A DNA stretch of 60,304 bases from Streptomyces virus StarPlatinum (IMGVR_UViG_2974628900_000001:1-60304), one strand, 5' to 3'. Shown: positions 8,640 to 15,835, numbered from the stretch's first letter. Notes: generated by a model not told the origin, from the sequence alone. Made by a program: numbers and translations.

Positions 8640-9212
8640 TCAGCCGTTCATGCCACATCCGCACGGGCAAGATCCCTGGAAGGATTCTTCGGACGACTCG
8701 ATGGACTCGCGGGCCACGTCGTTCGTCGTCAGCTTCTCACGCAGCGCGGTGAGGGCGGACTGAGTGGCCAGCTCGGGTTCCGGCTTCGGGCTGTCCTTCT
8801 CGGCATCCTCGATCTTCGGCCAGTCAAGCTGGTCCGTGGTGCCGACCGGCTTGATCATGTCCATGATCGCCTTGGCCTCGATGAGACCCAGCGGACGGAA
8901 CTTGTCACGCAGAACCTTGATGCAGGTGATCTTGCGGGTGAGGTCACGCTCGGTGAAGTTCACGATGGCCCATGCCGTCGCCTCCACCACCTTCGGGTCG
9001 AAAGCGGCACGAACGGAGTTCTTGCCCGCCTCCACACCCGCGTCGTAGCGCTCCTGGCCGTAGGCGTACTTCTCGTCCTCGGCCTTGTACTTGGCGTCCT
9101 CCATCTGACGACGGAAGCCACGGTCGATGTCACCCGCGAAGCGGAGAGCGTCAGCGATCTTGGTGTCGGGGAAGTAGTTGCCGACCTGCTGAACGATCTC
9201 GATGCGCTCCAT
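8640..9212 (-). CDS. Protein with ribosomal L7/L12 C-terminal-domain-like motif (paralogue 2)
   Basis: KITCIKVLRDKFRPLGLIEAKAIMD resembles the bL12 CTD; shares a Y..GV..GK segment with 5597-6070. Confidence 0.7.
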   Translation of the reverse strand: MERIEIVQQVGNYFPDTKIADALRFAGDIDRGFRRQMEDAKYKAEDEKYAYGQERYDAGVEAGKNSVRAAFDPKVVEATAWAIVNFTERDLTRKITCIKVLRDKFRPLGLIEAKAIMDMIKPVGTTDQLDWPKIEDAEKDSPKPEPELATQSALTALREKLTTNDVARESIESSEESFQGSCPCGCGMNG

Positions 9213-9359
9213 GAGGTTTCCCTTCGTCTTAGGGGACTTCTTGCCCCCTTCGATGTACTAAGCTTAGCAGAGTCTAGCGGGCTGTGTCCAACTGTTCTGA
9301 GGGCCGATTTTCAAGATTTTTTGGCCGGGGCGGTTCGCGCCCCGAAGGGCGCTAGCCGG

Positions 9360-9656
9360 TTACTCCCAGGGAGAATAGTCAGACTCACGCTCGGCAGGCT
9401 TACGCTCGATACGGTCGAGGTAGCGGCCGGTGCTGTTGACGGACCAAATGGCCTTACGTCCGTTGTTGCTGTAACGCTTCTTGGTCAGTCGCTTGAGAAC
9501 AGTCTCAGCCTCACGACGAGAACGAACCTTGACGGACACACAGGGCTCACGGTAGTTGTAGTACCAACCACCCTCCTCCGGACCACCACACGCGAGATCT
9601 TCGAGGTAGATGTTGGCGTAGAACGGCTTGGGCTTGCGAACCTTCGGCGTCTTCAT
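9360..9656 (-). CDS. Basic hypothetical protein, leaderless (MKTPKVRK...)
   Basis: The -10 TAGACT at 9664-9669 lies 7 nt before ATG 9656. Confidence 0.75.
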   Translation of the reverse strand: MKTPKVRKPKPFYANIYLEDLACGGPEEGGWYYNYREPCVSVKVRSRREAETVLKRLTKKRYSNNGRKAIWSVNSTGRYLDRIERKPAERESDYSPWE

Positions 9657-9734
9657 AGGGATGAGTCTAGCAGAGTATCGGGCCGGTGGCAACAGATCTC
9701 CAATTTAGCCGGGGCGGCCCCGAAGGGCCTGACG

Positions 9735-9965
9735 TTACCGCCAGAGGAATTGACCTTGACATGCACAGTCGTTCGGCACTCGGTCTACCTTCTTGAATGC
9801 ACGCTGCATGGTAGAACGAGGGTAGACGGCGCGCAGGCATTCACGAGGATTGTGATGACCCACCTTGATCCACTCGTCTACGACTTCCACATAGAGGAAA
9901 GTCTCTTCGTGGCCGATCTGCTTTTCTCGCTGAACGTAGACTTCACCCTCAGAGATGAAGATCAT
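9735..9965 (-). CDS. Hypothetical early protein
   Basis: ATG 9965 with GGGAGG RBS overlaps the upstream stop (ATGA). Confidence 0.65.
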   Translation of the reverse strand: MIFISEGEVYVQREKQIGHEETFLYVEVVDEWIKVGHHNPRECLRAVYPRSTMQRAFKKVDRVPNDCACQGQFLWR

Positions 9966-10165
9966 CCGAACCTCCCACAAACGCAACGAATGGAGTCGCC
10001 CGGCTCCAAGAACAGATCGAGCATGTGCGGCGGAGTCATCATGGTGGTGCAGTGGTCGTTCATCAGGTGAATGACGACATACACCTCCTTTTCCATCACG
10101 TCGATGATCTCGATGCGACAGTTGGGGTCGGGCTTCTTCGCCTTGAGAATCTGTCCTCTTTGCAT
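9962..10165 (-). CDS. Hypothetical protein, leaderless
   Basis: The -10 TAGACT lies 6 nt before the ATG. Confidence 0.7.
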   Translation of the reverse strand: MQRGQILKAKKPDPNCRIEIIDVMEKEVYVVIHLMNDHCTTMMTPPHMLDLFLEPGDSIRCVCGRFG

Positions 10166-10364
10166 GTCTGTAGTCTAGCAGTCAGATTGCCAGTAGCGCA
10201 ACGCCTGAGCCGATTTTTTAGTCTCTAGATGTCTACACAGATTTTTAGTCATCTAGCCGGGGCGGCTAACTTTTTAGTCAGAAAATCACCCCTATGATTC
10301 GAAGGTTTTTCGTGCATATACCTAAGAAACACAGGGGTGAAAATCTAAGCGAATTTATTCAAGG

Positions 10365-10631
10365 TCACCAGAGTTCGTCCACTTTGGCCCAGAATCGGTG
10401 AATTCGCGGATCGTTGTTGTCGTTTGCGTAGAACGGATCATGGATTGTGCCCGTCAACGCACTTCCGATCTCGGGCCGGTGCAAGGCAACTCGATTGAAT
10501 ACGAATTGCCCATAACGCTGACCCTTGTTGTCACGCATCCATTCTGCGATGGTATCGAGAATGAATTGATTCAAGGAGAGTTGAGACACGAAATCACTTC
10601 CAATCGCCGGGAAGGTGACCGCTTTCGGCAA
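10365..10631 (-). CDS. Hypothetical protein
   Basis: ORF in a run of co-oriented genes; QRYGQFVFN...DPFY motif typical of small phage proteins. Confidence 0.7.
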   Translation of the reverse strand: MPKAVTFPAIGSDFVSQLSLNQFILDTIAEWMRDNKGQRYGQFVFNRVALHRPEIGSALTGTIHDPFYANDNNDPRIHRFWAKVDELW

Positions 10632-10794
10632 TCAGAAGGTCGAATTCCTCGAACTGCTCGGCCAAAGCCATTCCAGCAGCGAGAGTTTCGTTATTGATGG
10701 GCATCCTCTGAGCCTTTGCGGCCAGTTCACGCATTCCCTCAAGAAGGATTTGCATGCGCTCAGCAGACATATGTTTCACCCTTTCCTTTGCCAC
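10594..10794 (-). CDS. Hypothetical protein
   Basis: Co-oriented ORF; start uncertain. Confidence 0.6.
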   Translation of the reverse strand: MAKERVKHMSAERMQILLEGMRELAAKAQRMPINNETLAAGMALAEQFEEFDLLIAESGHLPGDWK

Positions 10795-10972
10795 AATGGC
10801 AATATACGGAATGTTTTGCTTCCACCGGGCGAAATCCGCCCTCGTTGTACTTTTTCAGAAGGATTTCGAGGTTTCCCGAAGAAATTACGCCCGTTTCGGA
10901 AAACAGGCCATTCTTTTCGAGCTTGAGGGTAAGCGAATGCGTACGAACGGCTTTTGCCTTATTCCTGAACAT
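10760..10972 (-). CDS. Hypothetical protein
   Basis: AAAGGGAAAG RBS before the ATG. Confidence 0.6.
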   Translation of the reverse strand: MFRNKAKAVRTHSLTLKLEKNGLFSETGVISSGNLEILLKKYNEGGFRPVEAKHSVYCHCGKGKGETYVC

Positions 10973-11029
10973 CGCTTTCCCTTTCTACCCCTAATGGGGG
11001 ATACCCTTTCGGATATCCCCCATATTGAG

Positions 11030-11173
11030 TTACGCCAGTTCGGAAACGTGCGGGTAGTCGGTCTCGTCCATGTCCACCGTACGCATGTCGTCCTGTACGG
11101 TAGATACGGGCAGGGTGTCCACAGAGACCCATCCCTCAGAGACGGCCCGCTCCAGAAGTTCGAGAGTGGTCAA
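11030..11173 (-). CDS. Small acidic hypothetical protein, 47 aa
   Basis: TTG start after a GAAGGGA RBS, downstream of promoter 11207-11235. Confidence 0.6.
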   Translation of the reverse strand: MTTLELLERAVSEGWVSVDTLPVSTVQDDMRTVDMDETDYPHVSELA

Positions 11174-11347
11174 GTTGATCAGTCCCTTCCGTCTTGGTGT
11201 AGTACCAGTATACACAGCCCCTACGCTACGCACAACCTAGATCCTCCGGGAAATTTTTGTACGCTTTCGTACACGCGCGGGGGATTTGTCCGGGAATTCC
11301 GTAATGCCCTCTTAAAGAGGAATGCCCCCTATGTGATGCATGCCCAC

Positions 11348-11422
11348 TGTGTACCCATATGGTATGGTATGTACCCTATGTACCATACGCCCTATATGTA
11401 CCCCTATGTACCGGTATGTCCG
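11348..11422 (+). repeat. TATGTACC tandem repeats
   Basis: Exact copies at 11368, 11377, 11395, 11405; variants at 11348 and 11415. Confidence 0.8.
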
Positions 11423-11550
11423 ATTTGTCCGGCCGCCCCGGTCGCGGATTCTTTACCAAGCCGTTACCTAAAAACCTCGGATTCAGGGGTTTTCCCGTGC
11501 GTGGTGGGGTAGTCTGTAGGTACAACGACAGAGACAAGGGAGACAGCGAC

Positions 11551-12012
11551 ATGATCACCACCACCGCCCCGGTTACCGCCCACGACAGCAACACTCACCA
11601 GTGCAGGGACAACGACCGCACTGCGGGTAGCGCGTACCGTCGTCAGTTGCTCGCTACGGTCCTGTACCTGGCTAGCCTTACGGGACACTCGGACGGTGAG
11701 ACCTACGCTGTGTGTGTGGGGTGTGGTGAGAATGCGTACGTGGGGGGTGCACCCCGGAACATGGACACGCTGAACCTGGGTCACTGTGAGGCAGACGCAA
11801 CGGGTGGCACGTACTGCGCTGCGAACATGCTTCCCCTTTGCAGGCAGTGCAACGAGGACATGGGTAAGGATGCCCTTACCGATGTGCTTGTTCCCCTGTA
11901 TGACAATCGTCACATGTGGGACGGTAAGCTGATCAAGGACAGTGGCAAGGTTAAGCAGGGTCCGCAGGCCAACCGTGGACGTGCCAACTGGACGCGCCCC
12001 ACGGGCGTCTGA
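11551..12012 (+). CDS. HNH endonuclease-like protein
   Basis: CVGC...LNLGHCEADATGG...NMLPLCRQCN; AAGGGAG RBS before ATG 11551. Confidence 0.7.
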   Translation: MITTTAPVTAHDSNTHQCRDNDRTAGSAYRRQLLATVLYLASLTGHSDGETYAVCVGCGENAYVGGAPRNMDTLNLGHCEADATGGTYCAANMLPLCRQCNEDMGKDALTDVLVPLYDNRHMWDGKLIKDSGKVKQGPQANRGRANWTRPTGV

Positions 12013-12027
12013 GACGCTTTGAGAGTA

Positions 12028-12060
12028 GCCCCTAGGTCTGAGTACCTAGGGGCACTTTCA
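12028..12060 (+). terminator. Hairpin terminator after the HNH gene
   Basis: GCCCCTAGGT-ctgagt-ACCTAGGGGC. Confidence 0.65.
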
Positions 12061-12263
12061 TGCCCTCACACGGGCGCACACGGCTTTTGAAAGCCGTTTT
12101 CAAATGGCCTGCCCTGCCTCGTGGAACCTTCCCCGGAGAGAATGTCAAGGGGTATGGGCGCACTAATTGGATTGTTACAAAGGTATGCGAAGCATGTATC
12201 GTACATGATAAAAAATTACTAACATTTCAGATTCGAAAATAGATGATCTTGAGCCGGGACGGT

Positions 12264-12491
12264 TCAGTCTCTCCACAATTCGAATCCGACTACATGCATG
12301 CATGGCTCGAAACGGGCATGAGCGTCGCACTCACAATTAAAACAATCCGGGGTGACCATTATAGTTGTAGGTTCATTTCCGCAATGCAGACAGCCTGGCA
12401 AACCTGCTTCCGCTAGCTGCAATCCTTCATAGCTTACGCAGAAGGCTCGGTACATTTGATAACCTACAACATTATCAATCTTGTGAGTCAT
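12264..12491 (-). CDS. Hypothetical Cys-rich protein
   Basis: CLHC...CFNCEC; overlaps the upstream gene as in an operon. Confidence 0.7.
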   Translation of the reverse strand: MTHKIDNVVGYQMYRAFCVSYEGLQLAEAGLPGCLHCGNEPTTIMVTPDCFNCECDAHARFEPCMHVVGFELWRD

Positions 12492-12696
12492 CGGTGTCGC
12501 TCATATCCCAGCTTGGAGGAGGCCCAGCAATTTTGCCTTGCTTATGCAGAGCGAGAAGCTTTACGGCTTCTTCTGGGTTTACTCCTCTTGCTACACACAT
12601 CATTACGTCATAGAGTCTCAGGAGCATAATGGTGCTTACTACTTCATATGAGTCTTGGTCAAAGACATCCTTCTCTTCGCCGGGCTCATTTTGCAT
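12475..12696 (-). CDS. Hypothetical protein
   Basis: Coupled to the thyX stop. Confidence 0.7.
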   Translation of the reverse strand: MQNEPGEEKDVFDQDSYEVVSTIMLLRLYDVMMCVARGVNPEEAVKLLALHKQGKIAGPPPSWDMSDTDDSQD

Positions 12697-13426
12697 TTAG
12701 CGCCTCCAATGTTCTTGGAAATACTGTCTTCGTCAGATCATTGACAGCTAGAGCATACTGCTGGATCTCATACTGCGCATCATGCTCTAGGCGTTCTGCA
12801 AGGAAATGAGCAACGGCAGCTAGAGAAGTTGTCCAGCGCCACCGGACAAACATTCCATATGCAGGAAGAAATAGTCTAGCCTGCTCTGGAGCAATGCCAG
12901 CCTTGAGTGCTTCGTTATAGATCTTTTCGCTATCTTCTACGTGAGCCTCTAGAACTGCCGTCCAGTAATCGCCATAAGCAGCGTCCAAATCTTCACCGGG
13001 GCTGTTTGCAGGGAAATTATCCCCACTTCCCTGCTTTGAATTAGCTGGCTTTGAGCGCCATTCGTATTCTTCTGGAACATGGAATTCCGGCTCCTCGGTA
13101 ATGTATCTGCGAGAAGACTCATTCCATCCAGTTTGATCTTCCAGGTGGCTAGATGCTACAGCATACTTCCACCACTGACGCGCCACGAATAGTGGCGCGT
13201 ATACCTCAAATGTCAATGCTGCATGCCTAAACGGGGAAAGATGACCCTCCCGGACAAGGAACTTTAGCAGTCTGTCGTCCTTGTCGGAAAAGTCATCTGA
13301 CTCCTTTGCATAGGATACACGCGCAGCATTGACGATAGACAAATCATTACCAAGACTATCAACCAGTCTTACATAACCCTTGTCAAGGCAACGAATCGTT
13401 GCACTAGCGTCGTCAATCTTCGTCAT
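12686..13426 (-). CDS. thyX: Flavin-dependent thymidylate synthase
   Basis: IVNAARVSY, GHLSPF, PLFVARQW, NESSRRY, PEQARLFLP and AQYEIQQYA motifs. Start moved to ATG 13426. Confidence 0.95.
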   Translation of the reverse strand: MTKIDDASATIRCLDKGYVRLVDSLGNDLSIVNAARVSYAKESDDFSDKDDRLLKFLVREGHLSPFRHAALTFEVYAPLFVARQWWKYAVASSHLEDQTGWNESSRRYITEEPEFHVPEEYEWRSKPANSKQGSGDNFPANSPGEDLDAAYGDYWTAVLEAHVEDSEKIYNEALKAGIAPEQARLFLPAYGMFVRWRWTTSLAAVAHFLAERLEHDAQYEIQQYALAVNDLTKTVFPRTLEALNAK

Positions 13427-13676
13427 TTTCCCATTCTCTGTTGATATACCAGTCCCATTCCTGATCTTCAAAGATCTGATTCCAGCTCTCTTCTGACAGG
13501 TCGGACTCCACGAATTGCATTTTGAACTTATGAACCTCGCCCGTTTCGGTATCAAGAACTGCGAAATGATCTCCAGTATAGGTGATCTTGCATCGTTCTT
13601 CATATGGGTTTCGGTTATTTATGATGTCTTCAAAGAGGAAGCAGTCGAGTATTTCTAGAGCTTCTTGTCTATCCAC
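13413..13676 (-). CDS. Acidic hypothetical protein
   Basis: Overlaps both neighbours. Confidence 0.7.
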   Translation of the reverse strand: MDRQEALEILDCFLFEDIINNRNPYEERCKITYTGDHFAVLDTETGEVHKFKMQFVESDLSEESWNQIFEDQEWDWYINREWENDED

Positions 13677-13836
13677 TTAGATTCGCAATCTCTGCATCTA
13701 GTCGTCTTACTTCTCTTTCGGCGCGCTTAGCGCCTACCTGATCACCGGCCCGCTTTGCCTTATCCATTGCTCGGGCCGCATCTCTGCGCTGCTCTCTAAG
13801 ACTATTCAGCGCACGTCTCATGCCTAGCTCAGCCAT
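13669..13836 (-). CDS. Small coiled-coil protein, 55 aa (MAELGMRRALNSLREQRR...), not in ORF track
   Basis: Open frame fills the gap; start overlaps the upstream stop. Confidence 0.7.
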   Translation of the reverse strand: MAELGMRRALNSLREQRRDAARAMDKAKRAGDQVGAKRAEREVRRLDAEIANLSG

Positions 13837-13990
13837 TTTCTACCAACCAATCATGCATTGCCTTGATTATGTCTGACTGCTTAGTAGCCTCTGCGTGGTT
13901 CTTTTCCTTACGAGCACGCATGTAAGACTTCTGAGCAGCCTCAAGTATTCGATTAGCTTCGCGTGCATTCTTTGGTCTAGGTACCGCCAT
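13829..13990 (-). CDS. Small basic protein, 53 aa (MAVPRPKNAREANR...), not in ORF track
   Basis: GGAGGA RBS before the ATG. Confidence 0.75.
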   Translation of the reverse strand: MAVPRPKNAREANRILEAAQKSYMRARKEKNHAEATKQSDIIKAMHDWLVENG

Positions 13991-14000
13991 TATTCCTCCA

Positions 14001-14423
14001 GTGTGACACTCTAGTTCGTCATCTCGTATGTCACTAGAGTGTCACACCTTCTGTCACGTGTCAAGGTGACATTCGTGACAGAGCAACCGTGATCGTATTG
14101 GCCGGAATGTCACGACCCTTGATGTCACTGATGATCTTTCTTAGCTCAGCTTTGTCACGAGTTCCGTCATCCCATAGCTCCTTGACCAGGCGTGACACGC
14201 TCTTTTGCTTGTCATCTGTCACGTCACGGCGTGGAATTTCTGTCATCTTTGTCACGATAGGCGTGACAGATACTTCTTCCTTGACAGCCGTGTCACCCTT
14301 TGTCATGACAGGCTTTGTCACGATTTTGTCATCTGTTTTGTCACGCTTATTTTGTGACATCTTCTTAGGTGTCACCGGCTTGTCACGCTTGCGTGACAGA
14401 CTTTCACCTGTCACGTTTGTCAC
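14001..14423. repeat. Dense TGTCAC/GTGACA hexamer array plus a 14-bp inverted repeat
   Basis: 22 exact copies counted between 14003 and 14423, in both orientations. GTGTGACACTCTAG (14001-14014) pairs with CTAGAGTGTCACAC (14034-14047). Confidence 0.95.
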
Positions 14424-14945
14424 GACTTCATTGAGCCGGAAGAACACGACGTTCTTGAATCCCTTGAATGTCTTCCCAGGGAAGATCATCCAGCTTACCT
14501 TTCCGAAGACTGGCATTCGCTTGGCGACCAGTCCGTTGGCTCGCATCTCTGAACGGTGCACAAAGCGCAGGTACAATTCGAACAATACGCCTGCGATAAC
14601 TGGAGGGGCACCGAAAAGAACTTTTCCAGGAGTCCCATAGTTAAGCAGCGCTGCGTGCTCTACGTTCAGGTATACAGAGGTTCCAACAAAGGCGTATGTG
14701 GCCAGCTTCGGAGCTAGACCACTATCTTCTGTTCGAGCGTACTTGGATGCAAGGTCAGCGACAAACAAAGCAGCACCGTCGAATGCAATACTCACTCCGA
14801 AAGCCAGTTCCTTGGGAACTCCGTAGAATTCCACAGCCATTGAATATAGGCTCCACCAACTCAAAGCGAGAGCAACGATCAGCACTGATCCGAATGAAAC
14901 TGCGCCACGCCAATCCATAAGACGCTGGAAGTCGGGCTTTTTCAT
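14061..14945 (-). CDS. DUF2637-type multi-pass membrane protein with a putative C-terminal helical DNA-binding domain
   Basis: Four hydrophobic helices with S..SL, FDG, NVEHA, APPV..G.LFE and PVFG..W..FP motifs. AAGGAG RBS before ATG 14945. Family assignment is by recognition, not HMM. Confidence 0.75.
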   Translation of the reverse strand: MKKPDFQRLMDWRGAVSFGSVLIVALALSWWSLYSMAVEFYGVPKELAFGVSIAFDGAALFVADLASKYARTEDSGLAPKLATYAFVGTSVYLNVEHAALLNYGTPGKVLFGAPPVIAGVLFELYLRFVHRSEMRANGLVAKRMPVFGKVSWMIFPGKTFKGFKNVVFFRLNEVVTNVTGESLSRKRDKPVTPKKMSQNKRDKTDDKIVTKPVMTKGDTAVKEEVSVTPIVTKMTEIPRRDVTDDKQKSVSRLVKELWDDGTRDKAELRKIISDIKGRDIPANTITVALSRMSP

Positions 14946-14960
14946 TGGTCTCCTTATAGA

Positions 14961-14992
14961 CAAAAGGCAGGGCACCCTTTTGGGTGCCCTGC
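14961..14992 (-). terminator. Intrinsic terminator after dps
   Basis: GCAGGGCACCC-AAAA-GGGTGCCCTGC followed by CTTTTG on the minus strand. Confidence 0.75.
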
Positions 14993-15003
14993 TATTCAGT
15001 TGT

Positions 15004-15405
15004 TTATCTTGATGACTCTGTAAACATCCAAAGCCACTTATCGACGCCGCGCTTAATTTCGATGAGTACATCTTGCGTAGCGAGGTCGTCGGTAATATTA
15101 AAGATAGCACCTGAGAGAACCATTGTCAAGCTCTCAAGAGAAGACTTGACTCCGTTTACTGCTTGCAGATATGAGACTGATTCGCCTGAGAATTCATAGG
15201 CGACCTTCGGTGCAAGATACATCTCTCTTGCACGCGCTCTCTCTGCGAGAGTATCGGCGTATTCTGTAATATCGTTGTGAAGTTCATCTAGCTCCTTGTG
15301 AAGATAGAAAAACTCCTTACCTCGGAGATTCCAATGGTTCTCCTTGACTGCCAAGGAGAGAGTTAGCAACCATTCCAGAATCTCTTCCAGCTTCTGCTCT
15401 AGCAC
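15004..15405 (-). CDS. dps: Dps / ferritin-like DNA-protection protein
   Basis: HWNLRG..FFYLHKELD...YADTLAER carries the Dps ferroxidase signature; AAGGAGG RBS. Confidence 0.85.
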   Translation of the reverse strand: MLEQKLEEILEWLLTLSLAVKENHWNLRGKEFFYLHKELDELHNDITEYADTLAERARAREMYLAPKVAYEFSGESVSYLQAVNGVKSSLESLTMVLSGAIFNITDDLATQDVLIEIKRGVDKWLWMFTESSR

Positions 15406-15616
15406 GCTCCACCTCCTTGATCGCAGATTTGATTTGATGATGCATCTCTAATCCTGGTTTGATGTACTTGTCATCAACTGCACACCAGAGATATAGGTCG
15501 GAAGATGCATCAAACTTAGTGCGAACTATTAAGTTGTTCTGACAGTCTGGACATTCTAGCGCCGGGACGACTCCCTCTCTCGCCAGCCGACTGTATTTAT
15601 GAAAATCTGACCACAT
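15317..15616 (-). CDS. Zn-ribbon-like hypothetical protein
   Basis: CPDC...WCAVD; overlaps the dps 5' end by 89 nt. Confidence 0.6.
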   Translation of the reverse strand: MWSDFHKYSRLAREGVVPALECPDCQNNLIVRTKFDASSDLYLWCAVDDKYIKPGLEMHHQIKSAIKEVERARAEAGRDSGMVANSLLGSQGEPLESPR

Positions 15617-15628
15617 GAATCTAGTCTA

Positions 15629-15835
15629 TCACGCATTTCTCAAATTGTAGAGAGTGGTGTGTAGGGCTTCTACTGCATCATCTATCGCGCTGTGTAGATT
15701 CTGGGTTTCTTGCTGCCATGCCTGATCTGACTCGATTGCCTCTCGCTTGAGGTCTTCAATTGCTGTGTCAGCTTCATGGGCTTGCCATCCGCAAGCGATC
15801 ATACACTCTCGGATGATTTGTTCGCATCGTGTCAT
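15629..15835 (-). CDS. Hypothetical protein
   Basis: Start moved to ATG 15835, which overlaps the upstream stop. Confidence 0.65.
   Translation of the reverse strand: MTRCEQIIRECMIACGWQAHEADTAIEDLKREAIESDQAWQQETQNLHSAIDDAVEALHTTLYNLRNA

Larger units (their letters stand above)
1011..11235 (-). promoter_or_regulatory. Battery of 20 leftward sigma70/HrdB-like early promoters
   Basis: -35 (TTGNNN, T(A/G)GACA or GTGACA), 17-18 bp spacer, -10 TANNNT (mostly TAGACT, often with an upstream TG). Spans: 1011-1039, 1266-1294, 2384-2412, 2499-2528, 3017-3046, 4202-4230, 5008-5036, 5298-5326, 5510-5539, 6112-6141, 6419-6447, 6879-6908, 7410-7439, 7865-7894, 8245-8273, 8553-8581, 9261-9290, 9664-9692, 10172-10201, 11207-11235. 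Confidence 0.85.
760..11441. repeat. Dispersed intergenic GCCGCCCCGG box, 17 copies, mostly next to a GC hairpin with a UUCG/GAAA-type loop
   Basis: CCGGGGCGG(C) on + at 760, 1312, 2553, 3070, 5564, 6165, 6455, 6932, 7463, 7912, 8598, 9325, 9709, 10257. Opposite orientation at 4255, 5061, 11432. Confidence 0.95.

Noticed and set aside
760-11441. Repeated GC hairpins read as a CRISPR array
   Set aside because: The intervals are whole genes of 300-1200 bp, the repeats vary, and there are no cas genes.
760-11441. GCCGCCCCGG box as a Dnd phosphorothioate (GGCC-core) site
   Set aside because: Many copies read AGCCGCCCCGG, so the GGCC core is not conserved.
1582-11512. Long plus-strand ORFs (1582-2367, 3503-4540, 4606-5304, 7267-7860, 8260-8763, 9321-10070, 10754-11512)
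   Set aside because: They are antisense shadows of GC3-rich minus-strand genes, cross the intergenic hairpins, and lack RBS, promoters or motifs.
14089-14640. 183-aa plus-strand ORF over the TGTCAC array
   Set aside because: It is antisense to the DUF2637 gene, and its openness is explained by the repeats.
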